From positions 1 to 64,000 of the forward strand of contig CAVQGX010000026.1 in assembly GCA_963712115.1 (NCBI GenBank): a DNA stretch of 64,000 nt. The letters are read 5' to 3'. The number at the start of each line of letters is the position of its first letter. Position 1 is the first letter of the stretch. This DNA comes from an uncultured delta proteobacterium (GTDB taxonomy: Bacteria > Desulfobacterota > Syntrophobacteria > BM002). A model generated the notes under the pieces. The model had not been told where the DNA came from. It ran no database searches and was given only the letters and a program-made list of their open reading frames with translations. Positions 30,364 to 40,226 of the stretch are shown piece by piece. The position numbers were made by a program, and so were the translations under genes.

Positions 30364-30562
30364 TAAATCCGAAATCCGAATACCGAAATTGTCCTTCGGA
30401 CTCCCACCCTTCGGGCGGGTTCCCAGTTTCGAAACAATTCTCAAATTTTCCAAATCCAAATGAGCAAAACCGTGTAATTGAAACTTTCAGTAGCAATGTT
30501 TTGAACATTGGAGAATTTGTATTTCGGATTTGTTTAGTGCTTCGTGCTTAGGATTTCGAGTT
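30364..30562. repeat. AAATCCG/TTCGGAT heptamer palindrome with inserted 45-bp module
   Basis: aaatccg aaatccg aataccg ... tttcggatttgtttagtgcttcgtgcttaggatttcgagttt. Confidence 0.75.
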
Positions 30563-30620
30563 TAAGATCCTGCTTAAAACCTTTCGGTCTCACTATTACG
30601 TGGCTGGGCTAAGCCCCAGA

Positions 30621-32450
30621 TTAGAACTCTGCCTCTTCTTCCAGTTTAGCCAATTCCTCGAATCTAATGTCGAGTCCGAGAACTCCTACGATATCGTCTG
30701 CCGCATCGCGAATGGGTGCTGATACCGTTATGCACAAAGCCCCTGTATAGATGGATTTGTAAAAGTCAGTTATGTGAACCTTGCCATCCTTGATGGGATT
30801 AATAAACCAGTTACGATCAGAGAGGTCTTCCCCAACTTGCGCTTTCTCATACTTGGCACGATCAGAAATGTGAGTGATATTCCTGGTAGTCTTGATCCCT
30901 TCGCGGTCAGTGACATATATGTATTGGATAAAGGGATTGAGATCCAGAAGGCTCTGGAGCACTGGTTCTTGACGGGTGGGGTCCATTGATTTGATCTCAT
31001 CAGACTCCACCACTTCCTCCACGAGGTGCGCTGCCAGCCCATGGGCCTGCTGTTTCAGCAAGTCAAACTCGCTGACAAAATATTCAGGCAAATACTGCCG
31101 GGCCCATTGCTCCATCTCTTTGCGCGAGATACTGGTAACTCGACCCCCATCATATTCCTGCATGATCCTTTTGTGGATCTTGACGATACCAGGATGGCGT
31201 TTGTTAATGGCCCTATCTCCCTCTAGTCTGAGCCGACTGTTGATCCAGTAGGCCACACCGGCAATTCCGGTTTTGTCGGTAATGGTGATGCTCACTGGGC
31301 GGCTAAGGATCTTGGTTGTATTGAAAATGTTGTAGATCTCCTCATTTTTTATAAGACCGTCGGCGTGAATACCTGCACTGGTGGCATTGAAATCGCTTCC
31401 CACAAAGGGGTAGTTGTGGGGGATTTTATAGCCCAACTCTTGGGAAAAATAGTTGGCTATGTCGGTAATGGCGCTGGTATCTATGCCGCTGTCGTGACCC
31501 ATGAGGCTGATGTGTTCGATTATCAGGCCTTCTATTGGGGCGTTGCCGGTTCGTTCGCCAAAACCCAAAAGGGTGCCGTTTGCTGCAGAACAGCCATAGA
31601 GCCAGGCGGTACTGGCATTGATCAGCACCTTGTGAAAATCATTGTGGCCGTGCCACTCAAGAAGATTTCCCGGCACCCCAGCATCGTCTATCATTGCCCT
31701 GACCAGCTTGGGGACAGACCGCGGTAAGGCGGCGCCTGGGTAAGTCACACCAAAGCCGAGGGTGTCACAAAGACGGATTTTGATATCTATGGAGGTCTCC
31801 TCCCTGAGTTTCATCAGTTCAATGGCAAAGGGCACGCAAAAACCGTAAATGTCAGAGCGAGTAATGTCTTCAAAATGGCAGCGCGGAATAATTCCTTTGT
31901 CCAGAGCAGCCCGGACAATGGCCAGATATTTCTCCATTATCTTGGCTCGGGTACTGTTGAGCTTGTAGAAAATGTGGTAGTCGGAGACAGAGGTGAGAAT
32001 TCCCGTCTCTCTGAGTCCCATGTCAAGAACCAAATCCAGATCTTGCTCAACTGCCCGAATCCAGGCAGTGATCTCAGGATACTGGTATCCCTTGGCCAGG
32101 CAGCGCTCTACGGATTCCCTATCACGATTGCTGTAAAGGAAAAATTCAGTCTGCCTGATCACACCGTTTGGGCCGCTGAGTCGATGTAATAGATCGAAAA
32201 TAGTCTCTATTTGTTGGACCGTGTAAGGAGGTCTGGCTTGCTGACCATCGCGAAAAGTGGTGTCAGTAATTAGCAGCTCGTCAGCCGGGTCAATGGAGAT
32301 AATTTTATGGTCGAAATCTATCCGGCTTATCTGTTCGTAAGGAAATACCTCTCTTTGAAGGTTTGGTTCGGGCACTTCTTGGAGTCGGTAAACCCAAAAT
32401 TTGCTGTGTTGATGTTCCAATACCCTTTTATGTTTGTTCCAACGTGCCAT
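30621..32450 (-). CDS. Re-citrate synthase-like (HMGL/isopropylmalate synthase fold) with C-terminal Cache-like domain
   Basis: ITDTTFRDGQQ, SVSDYHIF, RCHFEDITR, EWHGHNDF, GERTGN, AGIHADG; tail DLSDRNWF...FYKSIYTGALCITVSAPI...GVLGLDI. Confidence 0.8.
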   Translation of the reverse strand: MARWNKHKRVLEHQHSKFWVYRLQEVPEPNLQREVFPYEQISRIDFDHKIISIDPADELLITDTTFRDGQQARPPYTVQQIETIFDLLHRLSGPNGVIRQTEFFLYSNRDRESVERCLAKGYQYPEITAWIRAVEQDLDLVLDMGLRETGILTSVSDYHIFYKLNSTRAKIMEKYLAIVRAALDKGIIPRCHFEDITRSDIYGFCVPFAIELMKLREETSIDIKIRLCDTLGFGVTYPGAALPRSVPKLVRAMIDDAGVPGNLLEWHGHNDFHKVLINASTAWLYGCSAANGTLLGFGERTGNAPIEGLIIEHISLMGHDSGIDTSAITDIANYFSQELGYKIPHNYPFVGSDFNATSAGIHADGLIKNEEIYNIFNTTKILSRPVSITITDKTGIAGVAYWINSRLRLEGDRAINKRHPGIVKIHKRIMQEYDGGRVTSISRKEMEQWARQYLPEYFVSEFDLLKQQAHGLAAHLVEEVVESDEIKSMDPTRQEPVLQSLLDLNPFIQYIYVTDREGIKTTRNITHISDRAKYEKAQVGEDLSDRNWFINPIKDGKVHITDFYKSIYTGALCITVSAPIRDAADDIVGVLGLDIRFEELAKLEEEAEF

Positions 32451-32574
32451 GATTTCACCTGCATGAAAAAAGTGTTTTGTTTAAGATCGCCCCTAGGACG
32501 AACCCTGCGTGTGAAGCCGCATGTTAAGGGACATTTCTCCGAATTGTCAATATTTTATTATAACCGAACAGTTA

Positions 32575-32845
32575 ACAGCTGGCAGCAGACAGCCAGCTGT
32601 TAAGTCATTACGCTACGCTGTCATTATGCCTTCGGCGTCATTTATGGTCATTGGGTCAATTATTCGCGCTCGCTGCGCTCCGCTCAGTCCCGCAAGCGGG
32701 TTCCCAGTTTCGCTACGCCGTCATTCATAGTTAGTTGTCATTGTAGCCTTGCTACAACTGAATGACTACAAATGACGGGCGCTAGCCCTACTGACGGCGA
32801 AGCCCTAATGACAACGAAGCGCGTATGCGCGAAGTGTAATGACTT
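32575..32845. repeat. GTCATT/AATGAC spaced-repeat palindrome
   Basis: About six GTCATT units then four AATGAC units, separated by small hairpins; related copy at 50249-50352. Confidence 0.7.
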
Positions 32846-32859
32846 GTGGGTGCAGTTGC

Positions 32860-34668
32860 CTAGCCGGGTAGATCAAGCTTGAGGGAAAGCTCCAAGAGTT
32901 GCTCCAAACTCACACTCTCGGGGGCTTGAGTCATTGGACAGGCGGCTTTCTGGGTCTTGGGGAAGGCGATGACATCACGAATTGAATCCGCACCGCACAT
33001 GAGCATGACAAGCCGGTCAAAACCCAGTGCAATGCCTCCGTGGGGTGGCGCACCATATTTGAGAGCATCCAGCATGAAGCCGAACTTGTGCTGGGCTTCA
33101 TCTTCGTCAATGCCCAGAACTTTGAATACTTGCTGCTGAAGATCATGGTCATGAATACGAATACTACCGCCGCCAATCTCGTTGCCGTTTAGGACCAGAT
33201 CGTAGGCGCGGCTGCGGACCTTCTCAGGTTGGGCAGCAAAAATCGCTAGGTCTTGTTCTGCCGGGGCGGTAAATGGATGATGGACAGCGAGGTAACGCTT
33301 TTCTGCAATGTCGTATTCTAATAAGGGGAAATGGGTAATCCAGGTGAAACTATACTGTTTGTCGGTCAAAAGGTTGAGACGACGACCGAAGTGACCGCGA
33401 AGGATGTCCAAAGTGGGATGTACCACCTTAGAGTCGCCCGCCACAAAAAGAATCAAGTCTCCTGGCTCAAGGCCGGCGGTTTCGGCGAGGAGATCTTTCT
33501 CACTGCCGGAGAGGTTTTTGGCAATCGGCCCTTGCCAGTTATTTTCTTGCACTTTGATCCAGGCCACACCCTGGGCACCAGTTTGCACATCGTAGTGATT
33601 GGCCAGGTTCTCTTTTCCCTGCATCTTGTCAAGGTCACTGCGGGGCAAGATTGCTTGACCCTTAAGGTTCAAAGCCTTGACCATGCCGCCAGCTTCAATG
33701 AGCTGCGCGAAGACCCGAAAGTTGCTACTGGCGAAGACCGGGGTTACATCCACCAGTTCCATGCCAAAGCGGGTGTCAGGCTTGTCTGTCCCATAGCGGG
33801 CAATGGCTTCATCGTAAGTAAGGCGGGGAAAGGGAATTTCAAGTTTGTGGCCGAGAACTTTTTCGAATAGATGACAAAGTAACCCCTCAGTGATTTTGAA
33901 AATCTGCTCCTCATTTACGAAAGCCATCTCCATATCAACCTGAGTAAACTCAGGTTGGCGGTCAGCGCGGAGGTCTTCGTCGCGATAACACTTGACGATT
34001 TGATAATAACGGTCGAAGCCGGCGATCATTAACAATTGCTTGAACAGTTGGGGCGATTGTGGCAGGGCATAAAACTTACCTGGGTTAACTCGGCTAGGAA
34101 CAAGGTAGTCGCGAGCCCCCTCGGGAGTGCTCCTGGTCAATACCGGAGTCTCCACCTCTAAAAAATCGATGTCGTTCAGATACTGCCGCACAGCCTGGGC
34201 AGCATGATGACGTCTGAGTAAGTTCTGAAAAATGTTAGGACGACGGAGGTCCAAAAAACGATAGCGCAGCCTTAAATTTTCACCGGCGTCAATCTCCGGT
34301 TCCACTTGAAAGGGAGGAGTGAGGGAGGTATTGAAAAGGCGATACTCATCCACGACAACCTCAATTTCTCCTGTCTTCAATTTGGGATTAGTCATGCCTT
34401 CGGGACGCAAACGCACTTCGCCGCGGACTCCAATAACGTGCTCAGGTCGAAGAGCGTGAGCACGTTGATGTGCTTCTGCATTGCGCTGGGGATCGAACAC
34501 TGCTTGGGTAATACCGGCCCGGTCACGGAGATCGATAAAGATGAGACCCCCGTGATCGCGACGCCTTTGGACCCAACCCATGAGCGTTACCTTAATGCCT
34601 GTATGGTCGAGATTAAGAGTGCAGCAGTCGTGAGTACGTTCCCAGTCACCTAAAGAGTCCAAATTCAT
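32860..34668 (-). CDS. aspS: Aspartate--tRNA ligase (probably non-discriminating)
   Basis: GWVQRRRDHGG, TPEGARDY, LPQSPQLFKQ, RDEDLRADRQPEFTQ, GAPPHGG; ATG 34668. Confidence 0.97.
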   Translation of the reverse strand: MNLDSLGDWERTHDCCTLNLDHTGIKVTLMGWVQRRRDHGGLIFIDLRDRAGITQAVFDPQRNAEAHQRAHALRPEHVIGVRGEVRLRPEGMTNPKLKTGEIEVVVDEYRLFNTSLTPPFQVEPEIDAGENLRLRYRFLDLRRPNIFQNLLRRHHAAQAVRQYLNDIDFLEVETPVLTRSTPEGARDYLVPSRVNPGKFYALPQSPQLFKQLLMIAGFDRYYQIVKCYRDEDLRADRQPEFTQVDMEMAFVNEEQIFKITEGLLCHLFEKVLGHKLEIPFPRLTYDEAIARYGTDKPDTRFGMELVDVTPVFASSNFRVFAQLIEAGGMVKALNLKGQAILPRSDLDKMQGKENLANHYDVQTGAQGVAWIKVQENNWQGPIAKNLSGSEKDLLAETAGLEPGDLILFVAGDSKVVHPTLDILRGHFGRRLNLLTDKQYSFTWITHFPLLEYDIAEKRYLAVHHPFTAPAEQDLAIFAAQPEKVRSRAYDLVLNGNEIGGGSIRIHDHDLQQQVFKVLGIDEDEAQHKFGFMLDALKYGAPPHGGIALGFDRLVMLMCGADSIRDVIAFPKTQKAACPMTQAPESVSLEQLLELSLKLDLPG

Positions 34669-34696
34669 AGAATACCTTTCCCAATTTGCCAAAAAG

Positions 34697-34771
34697 ATGT
34701 GGGATTTGAGATGTGCGATGTGAGATAAATAACTCGATTCCGCCCACATCTCATATCTCAGATCTCACATC
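34697..34771. repeat. GAGATGT/ACATCTC heptamer palindrome between hisS and aspS
   Basis: gatgtgg gatttga gatgtgc gatgtga ... cacatct catatct cagatct cacatcc. Confidence 0.75.
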
Positions 34772-36030
34772 CCTAACTTGAATCTTTGCAGTAATTTCTC
34801 AACTATTTCTTTTAAAGGAATCTCCTCCTGGGATGAAGCTTCCATGTTGCGCAGCACCGCAGCACCTTTCGTCAGTTCATCATCGCCGAGAATAAGTACA
34901 TGGGTTGCTTCAAGCTTGTCAGCTCTTCGCATTTGGGCCTTAAGACTCTTAGACTCGTAGTCCATCTCCACAGAAAGGCCACTGAGTCTGAGTTCCTGGA
35001 CAAGGGGAAATCCTTTCTTCTTGGCTTCTTCGCCCAAGCAAGCTACAAATAAACGGTTCGAGTCCGGTGCTGCCCCAGCTTTGTCATCTAAAAGCAAAAT
35101 CAGTCGCTCCATGCCGATGGCAAAACCAGTGCCGGACAAGTCGGGCCCCCCCAATGCCTTCATCAGGCCATCGTAACGTCCTCCCCCTCCGACTGCGTCC
35201 TGGGCCCCCAGGTGTGGGGTAATGGCTTCAAAGGTAGTTCTGGTGTAATAGTCCAGACCTCGCACCATGAAAGGATCAATGGTGTAGGCAACGGCGAGGC
35301 TGTCCAGGTGCTCCTTGACACTGTGAAAGTTTTTTTCACATTCATGGCAGAGATGATCCAGAAGCACTGGAGCCTTTTCCACCAACTTACCACAAGAAAC
35401 CACCTTGCAGTCGAAGATCCGCAGGGGATTGATCAGTCTGCGTCGTTGGCAGTCTGAGCAGAGCTTGTCGCTCACCCCTTCCAAGTAGTCAGCCAGGGAC
35501 TGTCGGAAGGGCAGTCTACAATCAGGACACCCCATGGAATTAATGTGCAGGCTAATGTCGGGTATTGTTAACTCCTCCAAAAATACGAGGAGCATGTAGA
35601 TGACCTCAGCGTCAACCATGGGGTCATCCATGGCAAAAACTTCCACGTTGATCTGGTGGAACTGTCGGTACCTCCCTTTTTGTGGCCGCTCATGGCGGAA
35701 CATGGGCCCCATGGTGTAAAATTTGCGCATGGCTGGCTGTAAATCTAATTTATGCTGAATGAAAGCTCGGACCACCGAGGCTGTAGCCTCGGGCCTCAGG
35801 GTGAGGAGTTGGCCGTTACGGTCGGGGAATGTGTACATTTCCTTTTCGACAATATCAGTGGTCTCCCCGATGCTTCGGGCAAAGAGTTCGGTTTTCTCAA
35901 GAATGGGTATTCTTATCTCCTGAAAACCAAAGTTAGAGAAGACCCTCCTGGCAACTGACTCCACCAGCTGCCACTTGCCGACTACATCGGGAAGAATGTC
36001 ATTTATTCCCTTTATTGCCTTGATTGCCAC
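34765..36030 (-). CDS. hisS: Histidine--tRNA ligase
   Basis: DIVEKEMY, LRPEATA, FRHERPQKGRYRQFHQ, RGLDYY, GGGRYD; GTG start 36030. Confidence 0.97.
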   Translation of the reverse strand: MAIKAIKGINDILPDVVGKWQLVESVARRVFSNFGFQEIRIPILEKTELFARSIGETTDIVEKEMYTFPDRNGQLLTLRPEATASVVRAFIQHKLDLQPAMRKFYTMGPMFRHERPQKGRYRQFHQINVEVFAMDDPMVDAEVIYMLLVFLEELTIPDISLHINSMGCPDCRLPFRQSLADYLEGVSDKLCSDCQRRRLINPLRIFDCKVVSCGKLVEKAPVLLDHLCHECEKNFHSVKEHLDSLAVAYTIDPFMVRGLDYYTRTTFEAITPHLGAQDAVGGGGRYDGLMKALGGPDLSGTGFAIGMERLILLLDDKAGAAPDSNRLFVACLGEEAKKKGFPLVQELRLSGLSVEMDYESKSLKAQMRRADKLEATHVLILGDDELTKGAAVLRNMEASSQEEIPLKEIVEKLLQRFKLGM

Positions 36031-36384
36031 GACTACTCCACCGTCAAAGAGTAAACAAAATTTGATACTTAATCGGCCGGGTAAAGTCAAGGAAAAATCC
36101 AAATAGCAATGACTAAGGTTTCAGTGTTCAGTGTTCCCCGCTGTCGCTTCGCTTCAGACGGGATCTTCGACAGATTTCAGCTTCTATGTTTCTTTTTTCT
36201 GAAACCTGACACCTGAAACCTGATCCGCCTCCGGCGGAACACCTAAAACCCTGAGATTAGCATTGCCAAAAGGACCCTATTGAGATAAGCTTTAATTACA
36301 ATCCTCAGTAATTCATTCCTGCCAGGAGCTGGATCCTGCCGGTATTAATATCTATTTAAAGCCTTTTAATTGGGGAGTAAAACC

Positions 36385-36882
36385 ATGGTACCATCTTTTG
36401 ACTCTGACTCCGATGAAAGAGAGAAACCGAGCTGGCGTGAAATTGACCGGAGAAGAGACCGAAGTCGCCACGCAAGCCGTGATGACCGCAGCACAAAGGA
36501 GAAGTCCCTCCGTTCCACCTGGGCGAAGGAACAATACTTGAAGGAAGTGGACAAATTCTTCACCGGGAAAAAAGGGGGCAAAGAGCACAAGACCGCTTTG
36601 AATGCAATCCACCGCAACTATGGAACCAAAAAGTTTGCCAGTTCGGTCAAGAAGTATCTCCAGAAATATGGAATCCCCGACGACTGGAGCACCTTAATGC
36701 TTCTGCTGGATTACAAGGATGACGAAGTGCTGGTGCAGGTCATAGAAGTGATGAAAGCTCTAGCGCCGGAACGATCCGCCATGGAAAGACATGGTTTCAA
36801 GGACAAGCTGGAAATCCTTTCTTTTACTGCTTCGAAATCGCAGATCATCTCTTTGGTCGAAAGTGTTATGAAGGAATTGTAG
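36385..36882 (+). CDS. Hypothetical protein, probably co-transcribed with polA
   Basis: 165 aa ORF, RBS GGGGAG, KPSWREIDRRRD motif, ends 6 nt before polA. Confidence 0.75.
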   Translation: MVPSFDSDSDEREKPSWREIDRRRDRSRHASRDDRSTKEKSLRSTWAKEQYLKEVDKFFTGKKGGKEHKTALNAIHRNYGTKKFASSVKKYLQKYGIPDDWSTLMLLLDYKDDEVLVQVIEVMKALAPERSAMERHGFKDKLEILSFTASKSQIISLVESVMKEL

Positions 36883-36888
36883 AAAACC

Positions 36889-39582
36889 ATGTCAGAAAAA
36901 GAGGCTACCCTTTATCTCATCGACGGCAGTGCTTATATCTACAGGGCCTTTTACGCTGTCCGTCATTTGAGTACCTCCTCAGGAATTCCCACCAACGCGG
37001 TCTACGGCTTTATTGGCATGCTCAATAAGATCCTCAGGGAAAAGGACCCAAGGCACATAGTTATTGCCCTTGATGCCCCGGGACCAACCTTCCGCCACGA
37101 CCTCAGCGCTGATTACAAGGCAACTCGTTTAAAAATGCCGGAGGATCTGGCTAAGCAGATTCCATTCATAAAAAGACTGATTGGGGCTTTTGGCATACCC
37201 AGTATGGAGATCCCCGGATATGAAGCCGATGACATCATTGGTACTCTTGCAACCTGGGCCAGCGGGCAGGGGGCGAAAGTGGTAATTGTTTCAGGGGATA
37301 AGGATCTGCTGCAGCTGATGACGCCACAAGTGCAGATGTGGGACACCATGAAAGATGAGGTTTTTGGACCAGCGGAGGTGGAAGCAAAATTCGGAGTTCC
37401 CCCTGCCCAGTTGGTTGAAGTAATGGGGTTAGCTGGAGATAGCAGTGATAACATTCCTGGGGTGCCTGGGGTTGGTCCAAAGACAGCTCAACGGCTAATA
37501 AGAGAATTCGGCAGTATTGATAACTTACTGTTTGAATTGGAGAAAATCCCCAAAGAAAAAGAACGTGAGAGGCTGAAGGTTCATGCCGAGCAGGCCAAAA
37601 TGTCGCGAGAACTGGCTGAGATTAAGTGCGATGTCCCCCTGGAAAAGGACTGGGAGCAGTTTGAGTTGGGCGAGAGTGATCGGGAGGGTCTGTTAGCCCT
37701 ATACAGGGAGCTGGAATTTAAGAAATTCCTCCAAGAATTGGACGAAAAGAAAGACACCCAAGAATTCAAAACGATCAGGGACGACTATAAACTTGTTACT
37801 TCCCTTGAAGCACTGAAAAAGATTCTTTACCGGATTCTAAAGAGCCAAAAGGTAGCCATAAGTGTAATTACCACAGAGGGTAATTATCTTGAGTCTGACC
37901 TGGTAGGTATAGCTCTAGCTTGGGAAGGGGAAAGTGGTTGCCACTACCTTCACCTTGGTCAGGTCTCTAAGTCTGGTCCTAACCAATTATCCGCCACTTC
38001 AACAGTAAAATTGCTGGCCCCACTGCTGGGTGAACCCGATGTTGACAAAGTTATCCACAACAGCAAAAAGGCTTGGATTGTCTTTAAAAGACTAGGCATT
38101 GAGTTGTCGGGCACCAACTTCGACCCAATGTTGGCCGCCTATGTATTGGATCCGGGCAAGAGGGTGCAGGACTTGGAGGCCATAGCAAAAGAATATCTCA
38201 GCAAGTCGTTGGTTTCGTATGATGATCTGGTGGGAACCGGCAGAAAGAGACAAGCCTTAGCCAACCTGCCGGTGGAGCAAATTCTGGCCTATGCCGGAGA
38301 TCAAGCTGTTTATTCCCTGCAACTCGCCACGCCTCTGGAGGAAAAAATCAAGGCAGCCAACCAGACCACACTATTTAGAGACATCGAAATTCCACTGGTT
38401 CGGGTGCTGGCTCGCATGGAGATGAAGGGGGTAAAGATCGATGTGGAGCGACTGGAGGATCTTGATAGGGACTTTAGCGCTCGCCTAGAGGATATAGTCG
38501 AGAGGATTTATGATCTGTCTGGGGAGAGCTTTAACATAAATTCGCCACAACAGTTAGGACGAATTCTTTTTGATAAATTGGCCTTGCCCATGGGAAAGAA
38601 AACAAAGACAGGTTACTCTACCTCCATGGATGTCCTTACAGCACTTGCACCTTACCATCTCCTACCCAGGGAAGTCCTTAATTACAGAACTCTCACGAAG
38701 CTAAAGAATACCTATGTTGACACCCTGCCGCGCATGGTAAACCGGGATACCGGTCGAATACACACGTCCTACAACCAGACCGGTACAGTGACGGGCAGAC
38801 TGAGCTCTAGCGAACCGAATCTTCAGAATATCCCCGTGCGTACTGAAGAGGGGAGAGAAATCCGTCGCGCCTTTGTGGCTGACCCCGGTCATTTGTTAAT
38901 TTCAGCGGACTATTCTCAGATTGAACTGAGAATCCTAGGCCATTATTCTAGAGACCAGGCATTAATTGACGCCTTCCACAAAGGTGAGGACGTGCACCTC
39001 CGCACTGCGGCGGAGATTTTTGAGGTGGAACCACATGAGGTTACCGCGGAAATGAGGCGGCAGGCAAAGACCATTAACTTCGGCATCATCTACGGCATGA
39101 GCGCATTCAGACTCGCCAGGGATCTGGGTGTACCTCAAAAGAAAGGCCAACAGATCTTAGAACGTTACTTTGACAGGTACGGGGGAGTTCGATCATATAT
39201 GGAAGAGACCCCTAGGCTGGGGCGTGAACAGGGATTTGTCGCAACCCTATTAAATCGCAAAAGATTCCTCCCAGATCTGAAGAGCCGCAATCGCAATGTC
39301 AGACAGTTTGCTGAACGAACTGCCATAAATACGCCGATACAGGGCAGCGCTGCTGATATGATCAAAATGGCCATGATTCGCATTGACGCTGAGCTAGAAA
39401 GGAAATCGCTGCCTGCCAGAATGATCATGCAGGTTCACGATGAGTTGGTTGTTGAAGTGGAAGCCAGCAGTGCTCGAGATGTGGCTACTCTGGTGCAGCA
39501 CGAAATGGAATCGGTGGCGTCCCTAGCGGTTCCCTTGGTGGTGCAAGTAGGGATTGGGAATAATTGGGATGAAGCGCACTAG
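36889..39582 (+). CDS. polA: DNA polymerase I
   Basis: LIDGSAYIYRAF, EADDIIG, GDSSDNIPG, TGRLSS, ADYSQIELR, AKTINFGIIYG, QVHDEL. Confidence 0.98.
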   Translation: MSEKEATLYLIDGSAYIYRAFYAVRHLSTSSGIPTNAVYGFIGMLNKILREKDPRHIVIALDAPGPTFRHDLSADYKATRLKMPEDLAKQIPFIKRLIGAFGIPSMEIPGYEADDIIGTLATWASGQGAKVVIVSGDKDLLQLMTPQVQMWDTMKDEVFGPAEVEAKFGVPPAQLVEVMGLAGDSSDNIPGVPGVGPKTAQRLIREFGSIDNLLFELEKIPKEKERERLKVHAEQAKMSRELAEIKCDVPLEKDWEQFELGESDREGLLALYRELEFKKFLQELDEKKDTQEFKTIRDDYKLVTSLEALKKILYRILKSQKVAISVITTEGNYLESDLVGIALAWEGESGCHYLHLGQVSKSGPNQLSATSTVKLLAPLLGEPDVDKVIHNSKKAWIVFKRLGIELSGTNFDPMLAAYVLDPGKRVQDLEAIAKEYLSKSLVSYDDLVGTGRKRQALANLPVEQILAYAGDQAVYSLQLATPLEEKIKAANQTTLFRDIEIPLVRVLARMEMKGVKIDVERLEDLDRDFSARLEDIVERIYDLSGESFNINSPQQLGRILFDKLALPMGKKTKTGYSTSMDVLTALAPYHLLPREVLNYRTLTKLKNTYVDTLPRMVNRDTGRIHTSYNQTGTVTGRLSSSEPNLQNIPVRTEEGREIRRAFVADPGHLLISADYSQIELRILGHYSRDQALIDAFHKGEDVHLRTAAEIFEVEPHEVTAEMRRQAKTINFGIIYGMSAFRLARDLGVPQKKGQQILERYFDRYGGVRSYMEETPRLGREQGFVATLLNRKRFLPDLKSRNRNVRQFAERTAINTPIQGSAADMIKMAMIRIDAELERKSLPARMIMQVHDELVVEVEASSARDVATLVQHEMESVASLAVPLVVQVGIGNNWDEAH

Positions 39583-39611
39583 AATGCCAGAGGCGCAATG
39601 CGCCTCTGGCA

Positions 39612-39824
39612 TAAATCCGAAATCCCAATTTCTAAATCCCAAACAAATTCGAATTACCAAAATACAAAATTAAAAACGGGAAAAATCAATGGCCAGATTC
39701 TCAGCATAGTCGTTTGCCTGCAGAATTAGGGTTGCGCGACCTTTTGAGCATTGAATATTTGAAACTGGGGCCCCACCCAAAGGGTGGGGAGTCCGGAGGA
39801 CAATTTGGAATTTGTTTCGGATTT
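39612..39824. repeat. AAATCCS/TTGGAAT heptamer palindrome with inserted 45-bp module
   Basis: aaatccg aaatccc aatttct aaatccc aaacaaa ... tttggaatttgtttcggattt. Confidence 0.75.
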
Positions 39825-39853
39825 AGCTGAATAGAGAATGGCCCTGGGAAACA

Positions 39854-39882
39854 TTGACAATTGGGGCATGGGACGATAAACT
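39854..39882 (+). promoter_or_regulatory. Sigma70 promoter of the candidate ncRNA
   Basis: TTGACA-17 nt-TAAACT, 7 nt before the first paired base. Confidence 0.8.
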
Positions 39883-39889
39883 AAAAAAT

Positions 39890-40221
39890 GAGCTTGCCAG
39901 GGGCAGGCACAGAAACTGCGTCCACGGAGCGCCGCGCCACCTAATAAGAAGACGGCTAGGCACGCAGGGACGTGCCCCTGAAGGAGTTGCTCCTTCCGGA
40001 ATTCTTCTGGAAGGAGAGCGACCCCGGCACCACGAGAGTCCCTGCCCTCTCGGGTGTCCGTACTGTGGCAGGGTAGTGCTCAGAATCCACTCGCAGACCT
40101 GAGCGCGAGAGTAATGCGGGTTAGGCCCGACCAGAAAAATGTAACCAGGCCATCTGGCGGGCGACGAACTGTCTGGTATTTTGGACGGCAATCAGTTTCT
40201 GTGCCTGTCCCTGTTGGGCTC
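39890..40221 (+). ncRNA. Unidentified large structured RNA (~330 nt) with paired ends and tandem pseudoknots
   Basis: 21-bp helix 39898-39918/40193-40213, further helices and three H-type pseudoknots; own promoter and terminator; no credible ORF. Confidence 0.8.
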
Positions 40222-40226
40222 GAGAG

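Noticed and set aside
32600-32845. CRISPR array
   Set aside because: Constant part only 6 nt, orientation flips midway, no cas genes; no CRISPR array seen anywhere in the window.
39890-40221. Identification as tmRNA, RNase P RNA, SRP, 6S, intron or retron msr-msd
   Set aside because: No CCA/T-arm, no GAGGAAAGUCC, no SRP loop motif, too long and branched for 6S, no intron core motifs, no adjacent reverse transcriptase.
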